DNA from: a virus | Strand: one strand, 5' to 3' | DNA length: 64,000 nucleotides | Virus record (IMG/VR): IMGVR_UViG_3300034684_000096 | Coordinates: 32,001-96,000 of that record | Part shown: in pieces, positions 20,622 through 30,075 of the stretch | Layout of the letters: each line of letters starts with the position of its first letter | Numbering within the stretch: position 1 is the stretch's first letter | Translations under genes and position numbers: made by a program | The notes under the pieces: model-generated | The model's database searches: none | The model's input: the letters and a program-made list of their open reading frames with translations, nothing else | Told to the model about the DNA's origin: nothing

Positions 20622-20930
20622 TTATACAATCTGCTTTAGCATTGCTACCAATATACGAATAAATTTTGCGTCTACTGACCAGTCCGGTACTCCACCATGC
20701 AAATCCAATCCGTAACCGTCTTCAAAATCCACTAAGGTATTCGCAAAATAACAACTGACCATTTGTCCTAATCCATCATTATCATATGGTCCTTGATACC
20801 TTGCATCGTAGAAAGTAACCAATGGCATTTCTGGTTTATAATCAGATGAATAATCGCAAACCACATTCCATGGAATACCAGATGTAGTGTCTTTCATATT
20901 CAAGGTAAAAACAATATCCTTATGTTTCAT
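20622..20930 (-). CDS. Conserved phage hypothetical protein
   Basis: PLVTFYDARY...GQMVSxY...GLDLHGGVPDW. Confidence 0.75.
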   Translation of the reverse strand: MKHKDIVFTLNMKDTTSGIPWNVVCDYSSDYKPEMPLVTFYDARYQGPYDNDGLGQMVSCYFANTLVDFEDGYGLDLHGGVPDWSVDAKFIRILVAMLKQIV

Positions 20931-21036
20931 AGTAACTCCTCTTTATGTATATATAATACCATGGATAAAAAAGCTTGTCAATACTATTTTAGAAAAAACT
21001 ATCTTTCCAGTAGTTTATAAATAAATTGTTCTGCGG

Positions 21037-21279
21037 TTAGCATGGTGCACTCCTTGGAAGGAAACAATCTTCAAGTATATACGTCTCGTGATTCAAATGA
21101 CGATTGATACCAAAAATATCATGAGCAAAATCAAACCACTCAAAATTTAGTAATTTCTGTAGGTCTAATGACTGCTTTTCCATACAGAAATGTAAATCCA
21201 TCATAGTTGTCAAGTAAGGCATCTGTAATTCTTTTTCAGCTCTTTTTGCAATCTTTTGCATTAAATCATCTTTATTCAT
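21037..21279 (-). CDS. DUF6874-like phage protein
   Basis: MDL...LDLQKLL...DFAHDIFGINRHLN...CFLPR; start set at MNKDD after the AGGA RBS. Confidence 0.75.
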   Translation of the reverse strand: MNKDDLMQKIAKRAEKELQMPYLTTMMDLHFCMEKQSLDLQKLLNFEWFDFAHDIFGINRHLNHETYILEDCFLPRSAPC

Positions 21280-21294
21280 GTTATTTTCCTTTAT

Positions 21295-21400
21295 TGGAGG
21301 TAAGGGGAATTGAACCCCTGTCTTATTAACTCTAAGCTTTCGTAATGTAGGCATTTATCGTCGCTTCATGCAAGTTAACAATCGAACCCTGTATACCCCC
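21295..21400 (-). ncRNA. ssrA: Miniature tmRNA-like RNA (106 nt)
   Basis: Acceptor GGGGGUA/UACCUCC+A with G3:U70; stemless D loop ending GGUUCGA; P2 UUGUUAACU/AGUUAAUAA; GAC then T arm AGGGG-UUCAAUU-CCCCU; internal AUAAAU-GCC...UAG frame. Confidence 0.8.
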
Positions 21401-21409
21401 GTAATTCAT

Positions 21410-21643
21410 TTATGCATTCTGCAAGGTTACAGAACCATCGTAATCTTCAAACATGCCTATAGCCCACATATTTGAATAATGCCCAACATCAATAGCACCC
21501 CCCTTATACACCACAACCACACCAGCACCACAAGTACCATTAGAGGAATTCATGAGCACAATGTTACCACTACTGGTTGACTTCATCAATTTTGGAAAAT
21601 CACTCACATGTTCTCCCTTATCCTTCGCAATTGTTTTAATCAT
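21410..21643 (-). CDS. Hypothetical protein
   Basis: FPKLMKS...GSVTLQN; AGGAG RBS. Confidence 0.75.
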   Translation of the reverse strand: MIKTIAKDKGEHVSDFPKLMKSTSSGNIVLMNSSNGTCGAGVVVVYKGGAIDVGHYSNMWAIGMFEDYDGSVTLQNA

Positions 21644-21701
21644 CTTTCTTTCTCCTTATATAGTAAGTATATACTATTTATTATTGTTTGTCAATAACTA
21701 T

Positions 21702-21932
21702 TTAATGCTTTTCTTTATAACCTTCTGATTCAAGGTTCCTAATCGCTTCATGCAATCTCTGCTTATTTCTAAACAACCGTATATCATATATAGGTGAACC
21801 ATCGTCATGTTTCTTCACCCCATCATGGAATGACAATGCATATTTACTTCTCCCAATATTATATTGTACATAATATTCTTTCACCAGTACCACTTCCTTC
21901 TTAAAAATTTTGGATAATAAATCTACCATCAT
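21702..21932 (-). CDS. Hypothetical protein; true start probably further downstream
   Basis: IGRSKYxxSFHDGVKKHxDGS. Confidence 0.7.
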   Translation of the reverse strand: MMVDLLSKIFKKEVVLVKEYYVQYNIGRSKYALSFHDGVKKHDDGSPIYDIRLFRNKQRLHEAIRNLESEGYKEKH

Positions 21933-22200
21933 GCAACATAATTACTAACGTTTCGTCTTCGATATCCTCAATAGAAGCATATTCTTCGCCATACTCATTC
22001 TGGAATTCTTCCAATGATTCGTATTCAATAAAATCACAACAGATAGCAATTACATCCAGTTCCATTTCTTCACCAGTATCTTCCTCCAACTCTTCAAAAA
22101 ATTCGAAAAGTGCAACCAAACCATCTCTAGAGAAATTATTTCCTCTACCGTAGTCATAAAACGCATTAATAAAATCCTGTTCCGTAACTGTAGTTTTCAT
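21901..22200 (-). CDS. Highly acidic conserved phage protein
   Basis: FSRDGLVALFEFFEELEEDTGEEMELDVIAICCDF. Confidence 0.8.
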   Translation of the reverse strand: MKTTVTEQDFINAFYDYGRGNNFSRDGLVALFEFFEELEEDTGEEMELDVIAICCDFIEYESLEEFQNEYGEEYASIEDIEDETLVIMLHDGRFIIQNF

Positions 22201-22255
22201 TTGTTTTCCTTCTTATATATACAGTATATATTGTTATTTATTGTTTGTCAATAAA

Positions 22256-22525
22256 TTATGAATCAAAATCTACAAATTCCAATGCACATTTTACTTGTTT
22301 TTCCAACAAACTCTGACAATATGCCTTTGCTTCATCCACAGTCGGAAAATCTTTTTCCTCTTCTGGATAATCATTCAACATTAATGCTGCAGTATACTCA
22401 TCACCAAATCCATGATTCGATACACTAATTAAGAAACTACTAAATAAGAAACGACCTAAAAACCCATACGCTTCATATGTTTCTCCATCATCATACTCTT
22501 TCCATTGTAGTTGTTTAATTTTCAT
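22256..22525 (-). CDS. Hypothetical protein
   Basis: MKIKQLQW...TVDEAKAYCQ. Confidence 0.7.
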   Translation of the reverse strand: MKIKQLQWKEYDDGETYEAYGFLGRFLFSSFLISVSNHGFGDEYTAALMLNDYPEEEKDFPTVDEAKAYCQSLLEKQVKCALEFVDFDS

Positions 22526-22527
22526 GA

Positions 22528-22713
22528 TTAGTCCTTTATTTTCAAATATAATTCTAATACTTCATCCACGTCTAAATAATTCATTTCTGCTGTTGGCTCA
22601 AAATAGCAACTGTCACAGTACCCGATAACTACTCCGGTGCTTTCCCTTATTACCACAGTAGGTAAATCAGAATCATAACCAGTATTGTCTTCAAATCTTA
22701 ATTCCATACTCAT
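22528..22713 (-). CDS. Hypothetical protein
   Basis: ORF with AGGAG RBS. Confidence 0.6.
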   Translation of the reverse strand: MSMELRFEDNTGYDSDLPTVVIRESTGVVIGYCDSCYFEPTAEMNYLDVDEVLELYLKIKD

Positions 22714-23053
22714 TCTCCTAATGATAGTACTAATATATAGTATATAATAAATAATACACTACTCCCTAATATAATTATTGACTGTGTATTTCCTTGCAGA
22801 TAATAACTAGTAAACACACCTGTAAGTATTTGCAATACTATGCCAATGAAAACAAACAACACTCTCATTTTTAATACATCTTTCATACATAATCCCTTGG
22901 TGTCAATGTTCCTTCCCTTGGTTCCAAGAACCGTAATGCATAGGACTGCTCTACAGTAAAATGTGTTGCTTTCTTTTCATCAGTAGTCCAACCATCCACT
23001 GTTAGGTATAATTTCACACCATGAAATATTCTTGTATAAATATACTCCATTAC

Positions 23054-23272
23054 TCACTCCTCAACAAAGAATGTTCGGTTTAAGCGTTCAACCTTAGGGT
23101 ACAGAAAGCTATCTGTTTCATATATAGAATAAGTTACATCCATGGTTAACACTCCATTAACCTTTTCCACCACTGTGCATTGAATAGTATCAGTAACCCC
23201 GATGGTTTTTTCATTCGCTTCCACAAATTCCATAATAGCTTTCAAATGGTCAATCGACAAACTGAATCGCAT
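23054..23272 (-). CDS. Hypothetical protein
   Basis: ORF with GAGG RBS. Confidence 0.65.
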   Translation of the reverse strand: MRFSLSIDHLKAIMEFVEANEKTIGVTDTIQCTVVEKVNGVLTMDVTYSIYETDSFLYPKVERLNRTFFVEE

Positions 23273-23492
23273 AATGTACTTCCTCTTTATAATATTCTAC
23301 TCGGTACTCTTTGTAATACAAGTCTTCAGTAGCTTGCATTGCACGTACCACTGCATTTGCCTGTGCTTTCTTAAATGGCATTGCTTCTTTTTTATGACTA
23401 CAAAATCCTGTATCAGAAATAGCGGAAACATAAATACAAGATACTCCTCCCCCTACTGTTACTTTCCTCACCACTACATAGCGTTTACTCAT
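23250..23492 (-). CDS. Hypothetical protein
   Basis: ORF behind its own promoter with AGGAG RBS. Confidence 0.7.
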   Translation of the reverse strand: MSKRYVVVRKVTVGGGVSCIYVSAISDTGFCSHKKEAMPFKKAQANAVVRAMQATEDLYYKEYRVEYYKEEVHYAIQFVD

Positions 23493-23535
23493 TTACTCTA
23501 TCTCCTTTATCTATATACAGTATAGCATGTTACAT

Positions 23536-23775
23536 TTATTCTGTCAAGAGCATTTGTAGATTTTTCTCTACATATTCCTTGTACGCTTTCACTGCATTGT
23601 TCTCTGCTTTCTCCCTATCCTTACATTTCCCTTTTTTCATCCTGTAATAATAATTATTCATTTCCCAATGCCAAGAATCATTAATTCTCTGGACTACCAA
23701 TTGCAAACCAAAGGGAACATTAACCACCCCATACTTTTCATCTGAATTATCAAACACAATAGCTTTCATGTCCAT
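23536..23775 (-). CDS. Hypothetical protein, tandem paralog of 23819-24055
   Basis: PFGxxL.V...GxCKxxExAxxNAxxAYKxYVEK shared. Confidence 0.75.
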   Translation of the reverse strand: MDMKAIVFDNSDEKYGVVNVPFGLQLVVQRINDSWHWEMNNYYYRMKKGKCKDREKAENNAVKAYKEYVEKNLQMLLTE

Positions 23776-23818
23776 TATTAACTCCTTATCTACTTACATT
23801 CTACACTATTACTTCTTA

Positions 23819-24055
23819 TTAGTCAATACCCAATAATGTATATTTTTCCATTTCTTTTTCCACATATTTCTTGTAAGCCCTTATTGCATTACTCTTTGCT
23901 CTCTCCATTGTCTTACATTCCCCGTCTTTAATCCAGTCTAATTCATTCCCTATATTCCACGCATATTTTCCATACCAATCAAATACTTGTAATTCAATAC
24001 CGAAAGGCATGTACAGTATATACCTACCATTTCTCACATACCATTCCATTATCAA
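23819..24055 (-). CDS. Hypothetical protein, tandem paralog of 23536-23775
   Basis: As above; own promoter TTGACT...TAGAAT. Confidence 0.75.
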   Translation of the reverse strand: MIMEWYVRNGRYILYMPFGIELQVFDWYGKYAWNIGNELDWIKDGECKTMERAKSNAIRAYKKYVEKEMEKYTLLGID

Positions 24056-24079
24056 CCCCTTATCTACTTACATTCTACA

Positions 24080-24337
24080 CTATTTCCCTTTGTTAGTCAA
24101 TACTATTTTCCTAGCTATCGCAATATCTTTTTTCATCCTCTCCATGTACTCAATCTTATTATCCACAAAAACAATTTTCTCATATCCGGTATTTACATTT
24201 CTTACGAATACATACACTACCCTTTCCCCCCATTCGGTATTTACATTATACACAACACCATTATCTCTGGTATTCTTATTCAATGCATAATTCACTATTT
24301 TCAATATGTCCTCATGATTCAATTTCTCAATTATCAT
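24080..24337 (-). CDS. Hypothetical protein
   Basis: ORF with AGGAG RBS. Confidence 0.7.
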   Translation of the reverse strand: MIIEKLNHEDILKIVNYALNKNTRDNGVVYNVNTEWGERVVYVFVRNVNTGYEKIVFVDNKIEYMERMKKDIAIARKIVLTNKGK

Positions 24338-24353
24338 ATCAACTCCTTATATA

Positions 24354-24560
24354 CTACTTCTCTTTGTTAGTCAATACCTCTTTTACATATACATCTGAAT
24401 AATCACTTCTCTCTGATTCCAAACATGCAAAATTATCTACACATGCATTGTCACATAACATACAATACAAACATTTGTTATACCATGATTCTATAGCTTC
24501 AGTTATTACCCCATGCTTACCTCGATATCTGACTTTAGTTCCTATTGCTAAATCAACCAT
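24354..24560 (-). CDS. Small Cys-containing hypothetical protein
   Basis: CxxC...C...C.SERSD; AGGAG RBS. Confidence 0.7.
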   Translation of the reverse strand: MVDLAIGTKVRYRGKHGVITEAIESWYNKCLYCMLCDNACVDNFACLESERSDYSDVYVKEVLTNKEK

Positions 24561-25702
24561 TGTTATCTCCTTATATGTACATTCTATACTAGTATTAGTT
24601 ATTAGTCAAGAGTAAATGAATAAATAGTTTAAATAGATAACATATAATAGATAGATAGGTATAGTGTATATACATTGTGTATACATTGCGTATTATATGG
24701 GTTGTACATTACGTATAAGCAGAAGAGGCCCCTTTTGTTGGAAAAACAACATTTTCTTGCCACATGATAGATAACACCTGTTATGTATAGGTTTTATACT
24801 ACCCTTTATAGGTCTTATATAGGGGAAATACTATGCTATTTTATACCTTTTAGGGGTTGCAATCGCGTCTCTCGGTACATTTTTGTAGCCCAAAGCCCCT
24901 ATATAGCCCACTGTAGCCTATGCTCCTTTCCCTACACGAGCCTTAGCTACCCTAGGCTGTATCCCTACCTTACTCTACCCCTAAAACGCCGTAGAAGCCC
25001 ATTTTAGAGCCTTAGAGAGCACCTAAAAACACCCATTTTACCCTTATTTTTAGCAACTTTAGCTCCATTTTACCCTTATTTTTAGCATGTTTGGTCCTAT
25101 CTGTAACACATATTGCACAAAATATATCTAAGGCACTATTAAATTGTGCGCAATATATCTATGGTGCTAGTGGTGTTTCAGATACTATCTTCTTATAGGG
25201 CTATGACTTATGACATATGTTTAATTCCTAGTAACATGGTGGGTTTTGACATATGACATATGACATTGTCAAGTCCGACTCTAGGCATATATCTTATTAC
25301 CCTGCGTATTGTATAGGTAAAACCCTATATATACCTTGCGTATTGGTCCAGCTACGTTTCCTCTATGGTGTTTTGTTCGTGTGAAGCATGATAGGCAAAT
25401 AGAGCTGTTATTTAGCTATCGGTTAGCTTTAGCTCATTTCCTCTATGGGGTTTTTTTAGAGTATTTTGTACCTTCATTTGAGAGCGTTATTTGAGGGTGT
25501 AAGATTTGCATAGGGGCAAAATATTTTTACCCCGTACAAAAAAGTAGAGATTTCGGGGTGTTGACCCTCAAATAAACGCTCTATTTACAGGTTGGCTGAA
25601 ATTCAAACAAAAGCAGCGGTACAAAAATGAAGATACAAAGAAAGCCCCTCTACTGGAAATGACTAGAAACCAGTAGAGGGGCAAAGGGTATATAAAGAGA
25701 GA
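24561..25702. other. 1.1 kb non-coding region with short repeats
   Basis: No credible ORF; CCATTTTACCCTTATTTTTAGCA twice near 25034-25087; TGACATA cluster near 25200-25270. Confidence 0.6.
25644..25682 (-). terminator. Intrinsic terminator of the early cassette block
   Basis: GCCCCTCTACTGG/CCAGTAGAGGGGC inverted repeat followed by a U-rich run on the minus strand, just after ORF 25703. Confidence 0.75.
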
Positions 25703-26206
25703 CTAGGTAATTTTAAGGTTTTGACGTTTCTTAGTAATGGCTTTACTAAGGCTGTGCCAATACTCACATCCTTCATCTGTAGTTTCCCATTCAAACAAAC
25801 AGTCGACGTTAGAAGATTCAAGAAGTATATTGAATACTTCAGCGTCTACATCATATTTGTATTCAGCATTACACACGTTTCTGATAATCTTATCCAGTAC
25901 CTCTTCAGTCAACCACTGTGTGTAATGTGCATAACCATTGATATCATCTTTGAAGTAGTTGATATAGTCATCATACTCTTCAATGGGTTTGGCTTCATAG
26001 GTGCCATACATGGAGTCTACTCCATTGAGTACTGAAGCAATGAATTCCGCATTCTTCATATCTGTGGTATAGAGATTAGATTTGTCTTTCGTCTTCTTTA
26101 CAAGCTCTCCATCATTGTCAAGTACAAACTTTTCACCTTGTAATGCACCACACGTTACTTCATGTTCGATATAATATTCCATACTGTTTACTCCTTTAGT
26201 CTTCAA
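25703..26206 (-). CDS. Hypothetical protein with C-terminal FEWETTDEGCEYW motif; true start probably at MEYYI
   Basis: AGGAG RBS before the internal ATG. Confidence 0.75.
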   Translation of the reverse strand: MKTKGVNSMEYYIEHEVTCGALQGEKFVLDNDGELVKKTKDKSNLYTTDMKNAEFIASVLNGVDSMYGTYEAKPIEEYDDYINYFKDDINGYAHYTQWLTEEVLDKIIRNVCNAEYKYDVDAEVFNILLESSNVDCLFEWETTDEGCEYWHSLSKAITKKRQNLKIT

Positions 26207-26492
26207 ACCAAAAGCTTAATCTTGTTTTAGCTTCATTTGTTTTATCTTGTAATTGGTCCTCAAATACCTTCTGTTCTTCCATGATGGTAGGAAGCTCAGA
26301 GATATGATGAAAAGTCAAGTATTCACCTAAAGAGTCAATGAACAAGTCAGAGAAAGCATGAGTGATACATAAGGCCATTTCTTCAGTGAATAGCATCGGT
26401 TCTGGTATACCATTGTAGTGGAAGTATTTATCCGTTTCCAGAATAGCTACACCAGTGTATGGATTGGTGTATACAATAAAGTATTGTTTCAT
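26196..26492 (-). CDS. Hypothetical protein (LFTEExAL..xxAFS family)
   Basis: Motif shared with 26489-26911. Confidence 0.7.
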   Translation of the reverse strand: MKQYFIVYTNPYTGVAILETDKYFHYNGIPEPMLFTEEMALCITHAFSDLFIDSLGEYLTFHHISELPTIMEEQKVFEDQLQDKTNEAKTRLSFWFED

Positions 26493-26911
26493 AGTTTCTC
26501 CTTTACACCAAGTACCATATAATCATTACTAAAGGCTTTGGCAATGATTAGTGCTTGTTCTTCAGTGAATAGCAAAGGAGGTGTGTTGTATGTACTATGA
26601 AAACAACCATCAGTTCCTAAATACCTATCACCTAATGCTTTAGCGATACCAATGAATGAAGCAACAATCATATATTGAGTATCATCTACGTCTTTCAACC
26701 ATGCGTCAGAAATTCCATAACCCAATGCCCTACACTGTTCTACAGGCATACCGTCACATGCATGAGGCCAAAGGTACTCACGTCTTCTTTCTTTAGCTTC
26801 TGGATATAGACGGTTCATATCCTCTAGGTAAGTCTCTCTATCAAATACTTTCATTTGTCTCTCCTTATACCTGTACTGCATTGTATAGGCATTCGTATGA
26901 AGCATCAACAT
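26489..26911 (-). CDS. Hypothetical protein; true start probably at MKVFD
   Basis: AGGAG RBS before the internal ATG. Confidence 0.7.
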   Translation of the reverse strand: MLMLHTNAYTMQYRYKERQMKVFDRETYLEDMNRLYPEAKERRREYLWPHACDGMPVEQCRALGYGISDAWLKDVDDTQYMIVASFIGIAKALGDRYLGTDGCFHSTYNTPPLLFTEEQALIIAKAFSNDYMVLGVKEKL

Positions 26912-27062
26912 ATCTAAGTGCCATACAGATTGCTTCCGCCTGTTCCCTTGTCATGATGAACATGTCTGTTGCATGCTGGTATGTCTTGAACCCCTCATCC
27001 ATGCACAAGTAGAGGCATGGTTGCTCTTGGTCTGCTGGTGTAAGTTGTACTGTGTATCCCAT
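26865..27062 (-). CDS. Hypothetical protein
   Basis: Follows a promoter-hairpin element and AGGAGAG RBS. Confidence 0.7.
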   Translation of the reverse strand: MGYTVQLTPADQEQPCLYLCMDEGFKTYQHATDMFIMTREQAEAICMALRYVDASYECLYNAVQV

Positions 27063-27087
27063 ATTGTTTGTCTCTCCTTATAATTCA

Positions 27088-27122
27088 AGTATATCATAGG
27101 GTTGGTTGTTAGTCAACCCTAT
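27088..27122 (-). promoter_or_regulatory. Promoter-hairpin element, copy 1 of 8
   Basis: ATAGGGTTGAC...CAACCCTAT palindrome containing the -35 TTGACT; 17 bp to TGaTATACT. Confidence 0.85.
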
Positions 27123-27136
27123 TTGTAGAAGTTTTT

Positions 27137-27340
27137 CTAGTTTCTGTGCCGGAAATACAGTTCTTTGATTGGTGCATACATATCAAAATCTTCTATTTTC
27201 TGTATGACTTCATTCATTATCTGTCTTGTCTTCTTTTCCCCTACTTCATTGTACAGGGTTGGTACAATAGCTTCCATCATCATGCTTGACATCAGGGACA
27301 TACTCTCTTCAATCAATTGCAATACTTTTTCATCACTCAT
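27137..27340 (-). CDS. Hypothetical protein
   Basis: Own promoter and AGGAGAG RBS. Confidence 0.7.
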   Translation of the reverse strand: MSDEKVLQLIEESMSLMSSMMMEAIVPTLYNEVGEKKTRQIMNEVIQKIEDFDMYAPIKELYFRHRN

Positions 27341-27394
27341 GTTTGTCTCTCCTTATGGTTCTATAATACCATAGTTTATGAATACTGTCAATAC

Positions 27395-27601
27395 CTAAAG
27401 ATTGAACACTTTATTCAATCTTTCTACTAATAGAAGTACAGGACACGTTTCACAATGGTCATAGGCATTGTTATCTACCGGACAATTTAAACAGAATTCA
27501 TCCAACTCATTGATGACTTGTTTCGCTTCCTCTTCAGTAGTGGGTACTACGATGGAAGTGTTTCTTCCTTGCGCTTCTAGGTAAATAGTGTTTACGTTCA
27601 T
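27395..27601 (-). CDS. Small CxxC...CxxC protein
   Basis: CLNCP...CETCP; own promoter. Confidence 0.7.
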   Translation of the reverse strand: MNVNTIYLEAQGRNTSIVVPTTEEEAKQVINELDEFCLNCPVDNNAYDHCETCPVLLLVERLNKVFNL

Positions 27602-27641
27602 AATTGCTCCTTATGTTTCTATAATACAATGGTTTAGGTGA

Positions 27642-28175
27642 TTAGTCAATAGGTAAACCGAAGATTTCCCTAACTATATTTCCCAATGGTTCAGTGTACT
27701 GGTCAATATCTACAGTTTCGTTAACAATACCTTGTAAGAATGCATTATACTCATAATCTGGCATTGTCTTGGAATTCTTAATCATACGGAAGGTAATGTA
27801 GTTTGTACCATCGTGGTGCATACCTTTGGCTTTGAATTCATTCCCCTCTAGGTAATACATACCATAGTCTTGGTGGTGGTTAGGGTGAATACAGTTGCTT
27901 AAGTTATAATCCAACAGACTGAAGCCTTGCTTCCTTCCATTCCATAATCCTAGGCTTGCGATAGCAATAATCCTACCTTCCAGTTCCTTATCCAAAGTAT
28001 ATTTCAATTCATCTAATTGGAATTCAAGGTCAGCTGCTATAAAGTTCCATGCCTCATAATCAGATACACTAGCAATAGTTTCTTCCACATCATCTGATAA
28101 GTCAAACAATTGCTCTTTTGCTTCCTGTACTGCTTCTTCACTATAAGCGTTTTCATTGCTCCATAAAATAATCAT
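27642..28175 (-). CDS. Conserved phage hypothetical protein
   Basis: IIAIASLGLWNGRKQG...HHDGTNYITFR. Confidence 0.8.
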   Translation of the reverse strand: MIILWSNENAYSEEAVQEAKEQLFDLSDDVEETIASVSDYEAWNFIAADLEFQLDELKYTLDKELEGRIIAIASLGLWNGRKQGFSLLDYNLSNCIHPNHHQDYGMYYLEGNEFKAKGMHHDGTNYITFRMIKNSKTMPDYEYNAFLQGIVNETVDIDQYTEPLGNIVREIFGLPID

Positions 28176-28429
28176 TTGTTTCTCTCCTGTATGTTTTGCA
28201 TTCTCTTTCTATGAATACGGATACTTTCATTCAACTCTTCAATCATAGTTTCAATAGTACTATAGAAGCTATCCCATTCTAGAGTACGTGCAACCCCTAT
28301 GGTGGTTTCTGGACTGTAGAATTCAACTTCAAGGTTGTCTTGCTCATAACCGATAAATACTTTCATGGTATCAGTTTCTAGGTCCAAAAGCTCTGCAATC
28401 ATTCTCTTCACCTTGTCTTGGTAATTCAT
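28172..28429 (-). CDS. Hypothetical protein
   Basis: Follows a promoter-hairpin element. Confidence 0.7.
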   Translation of the reverse strand: MNYQDKVKRMIAELLDLETDTMKVFIGYEQDNLEVEFYSPETTIGVARTLEWDSFYSTIETMIEELNESIRIHRKRMQNIQERNK

Positions 28430-28454
28430 TTGCTTTCCCTCTCTTTATAACTCT

Positions 28455-28490
28455 ATTGTACCATAGGGGTTGGTTGTTGTCAACCCCTAT
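28455..28490 (-). promoter_or_regulatory. Promoter-hairpin element, copy 2
   Basis: ATAGGGGTTGACA...CAACCCCTAT then GGTACAAT. Confidence 0.8.
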
Positions 28491-28503
28491 TTCAGAAGTT
28501 TTT

Positions 28504-28863
28504 CTAAATAATCGCTAGAGCATAAGGTACATAGTTTCCACAGTTGTCACTAATCTCTAGGTTTGCATACAACTTGGCCAAAGCGTCAGTATAAGAGGTT
28601 GCATCGTGCACAATCTTCTTGCTTGCTTCAGAAACATGCAGAAGGTTTAAAGCATTCAACAACGCTTGTTGATAGTCATATTTTTGCCACGACCGATTAA
28701 CCCATGAATACGTTCCACGCACCGCATGTACCATTTCATAATCAGAATCAAACAATGAGATAGTTACAAACTCATAAGAATATGCTTTGGTGGTCTTGTC
28801 TCTCGTAGTGAAAATAATTGTGTTAGCCATTTGTTTTCCCTCTTTATAATTCAAGTATACCAT
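28504..28863 (-). CDS. Hypothetical protein; true start probably at MANTI
   Basis: NRSWQKYDYQ motif; follows a promoter-hairpin element. Confidence 0.7.
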   Translation of the reverse strand: MVYLNYKEGKQMANTIIFTTRDKTTKAYSYEFVTISLFDSDYEMVHAVRGTYSWVNRSWQKYDYQQALLNALNLLHVSEASKKIVHDATSYTDALAKLYANLEISDNCGNYVPYALAII

Positions 28864-28889
28864 AGGGGTTGGTTTAAGTCAACCCCTAT
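28854..28889 (-). promoter_or_regulatory. Promoter-hairpin element, copy 3
   Basis: ATAGGGGTTGACT...CAACCCCTAT then GGTATACT. Confidence 0.8.
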
Positions 28890-28901
28890 TTGATAAGTTT
28901 T

Positions 28902-29216
28902 TTAGAAAAACATAGTAATGTTAGTCCCCAATGTATGATGAATTCGTACAAGGAATTCCCCTGCAAGTGAATTAGCATTCATGATACTGTTTACTTCACT
29001 GTACCATCTATTCATACAGAAGCCATCACCATAAAATTGGTAGGCATCATCATAGAACCTAATACCTCTTTGGGTAATTTCCCCGTCTTTGGTGAATTGT
29101 ACCCCATACAACTCACCTTCCTCACTGGTATTAGTGATATAGCCGAAAGTTGCTTTCTTTTCTTTTACCGCTTCCATTTCTGCAAGTACTCTAAATTTGA
29201 ATTCTTCTTTAGTCAT
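28902..29216 (-). CDS. Hypothetical protein
   Basis: Own promoter and AGGAG RBS. Confidence 0.7.
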   Translation of the reverse strand: MTKEEFKFRVLAEMEAVKEKKATFGYITNTSEEGELYGVQFTKDGEITQRGIRFYDDAYQFYGDGFCMNRWYSEVNSIMNANSLAGEFLVRIHHTLGTNITMFF

Positions 29217-29319
29217 TGTTGTTTCTCCTTGTTCTCTTTATACCTAATTCTACCATGTATAAGGTATGGTGTCAATAGTATTTGAAAAAATAAATAAAAA
29301 AGTTTTTTCTTTTTAGGTA

Positions 29320-29539
29320 TTGACAACGGTGTGAAAGTATGATATACTGAACAAAAAAGACTTTATTTTTTCTTAAATTTGTATACAGATTAACGTATGA
29401 CTTATGTCATATGTCAGAAGTTCGGAAGTCATAAGTTCTGACATATGTCATAAGCTAACTTCTCACATAAAAAAGCCAACTTTTGACATATGTCATATGA
29501 CAAGCGCGAAGACCGATATATGATAATATATCGGTCTTC
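29320..29539 (+). repeat. TGACATA repeat module 1 (promoter, repeats, terminal hairpin)
   Basis: TTGACA 29320-25, TATACT 29343-48; repeat body; hairpin GAAGACCGATATAT/ATATATCGGTCTTC at 29508-29539. Confidence 0.85.
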
Positions 29540-29592
29540 AATTTAATTACACGCTATAAAATAAGGGACTATCTCTAGTCCCTTATCAGTTG

Positions 29593-30006
29593 TCACCTCA
29601 TGTACAATTTAATTGGTTCTTTCTCTGATGGAATTTTTACCAAGAAGGTATTGACTCCAGTCTCTCTATCACAGTCAATTTCCATTTGCTCTATCAATTC
29701 CCATTTGTCGGAATATTCATCAGAATAAGCAATGAGCCTATCTGGTTGTTTCTTTGAACGTTTGATGTTCATAGTTATTCCGGAATCAGAAACCAAGAAT
29801 ACCCATGAATAATTACCATCATCATCTAATGAATAATCATTGATGACTACCATGTACAAGTATTCGCTTAAGTATTCATTCCATTCTCTATCGTCAACAA
29901 TCTTCTGGAAGTCTTCCATGGAAGGATTGAACAGCGTAATGTGAGTGTTATGTGCTCCTTCTGTGAAGTTTCCACCATTTTTCTTTTTCCAGTCTTGAAT
30001 AGTCAT
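29593..30006 (-). CDS. Hypothetical protein
   Basis: Follows a promoter-hairpin element; hairpin ATAAGGGACTA/TAGTCCCTTAT downstream. Confidence 0.75.
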   Translation of the reverse strand: MTIQDWKKKNGGNFTEGAHNTHITLFNPSMEDFQKIVDDREWNEYLSEYLYMVVINDYSLDDDGNYSWVFLVSDSGITMNIKRSKKQPDRLIAYSDEYSDKWELIEQMEIDCDRETGVNTFLVKIPSEKEPIKLYMR

Positions 30007-30028
30007 TGTTATCTCTCCTTATAATTCA

Positions 30029-30063
30029 AGTATAGCATAGGGTTGGTTGTTAGTCAACCCTAT
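30029..30063 (-). promoter_or_regulatory. Promoter-hairpin element, copy 4
   Basis: Near-identical to copy 1. Confidence 0.85.
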
Positions 30064-30075
30064 TTCATAAGTTTT

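Noticed and set aside
21280-21354. N-terminal extension of ORF 21037-21354
   Set aside because: Overlaps the tmRNA-like RNA; a good RBS precedes the ATG at 21279
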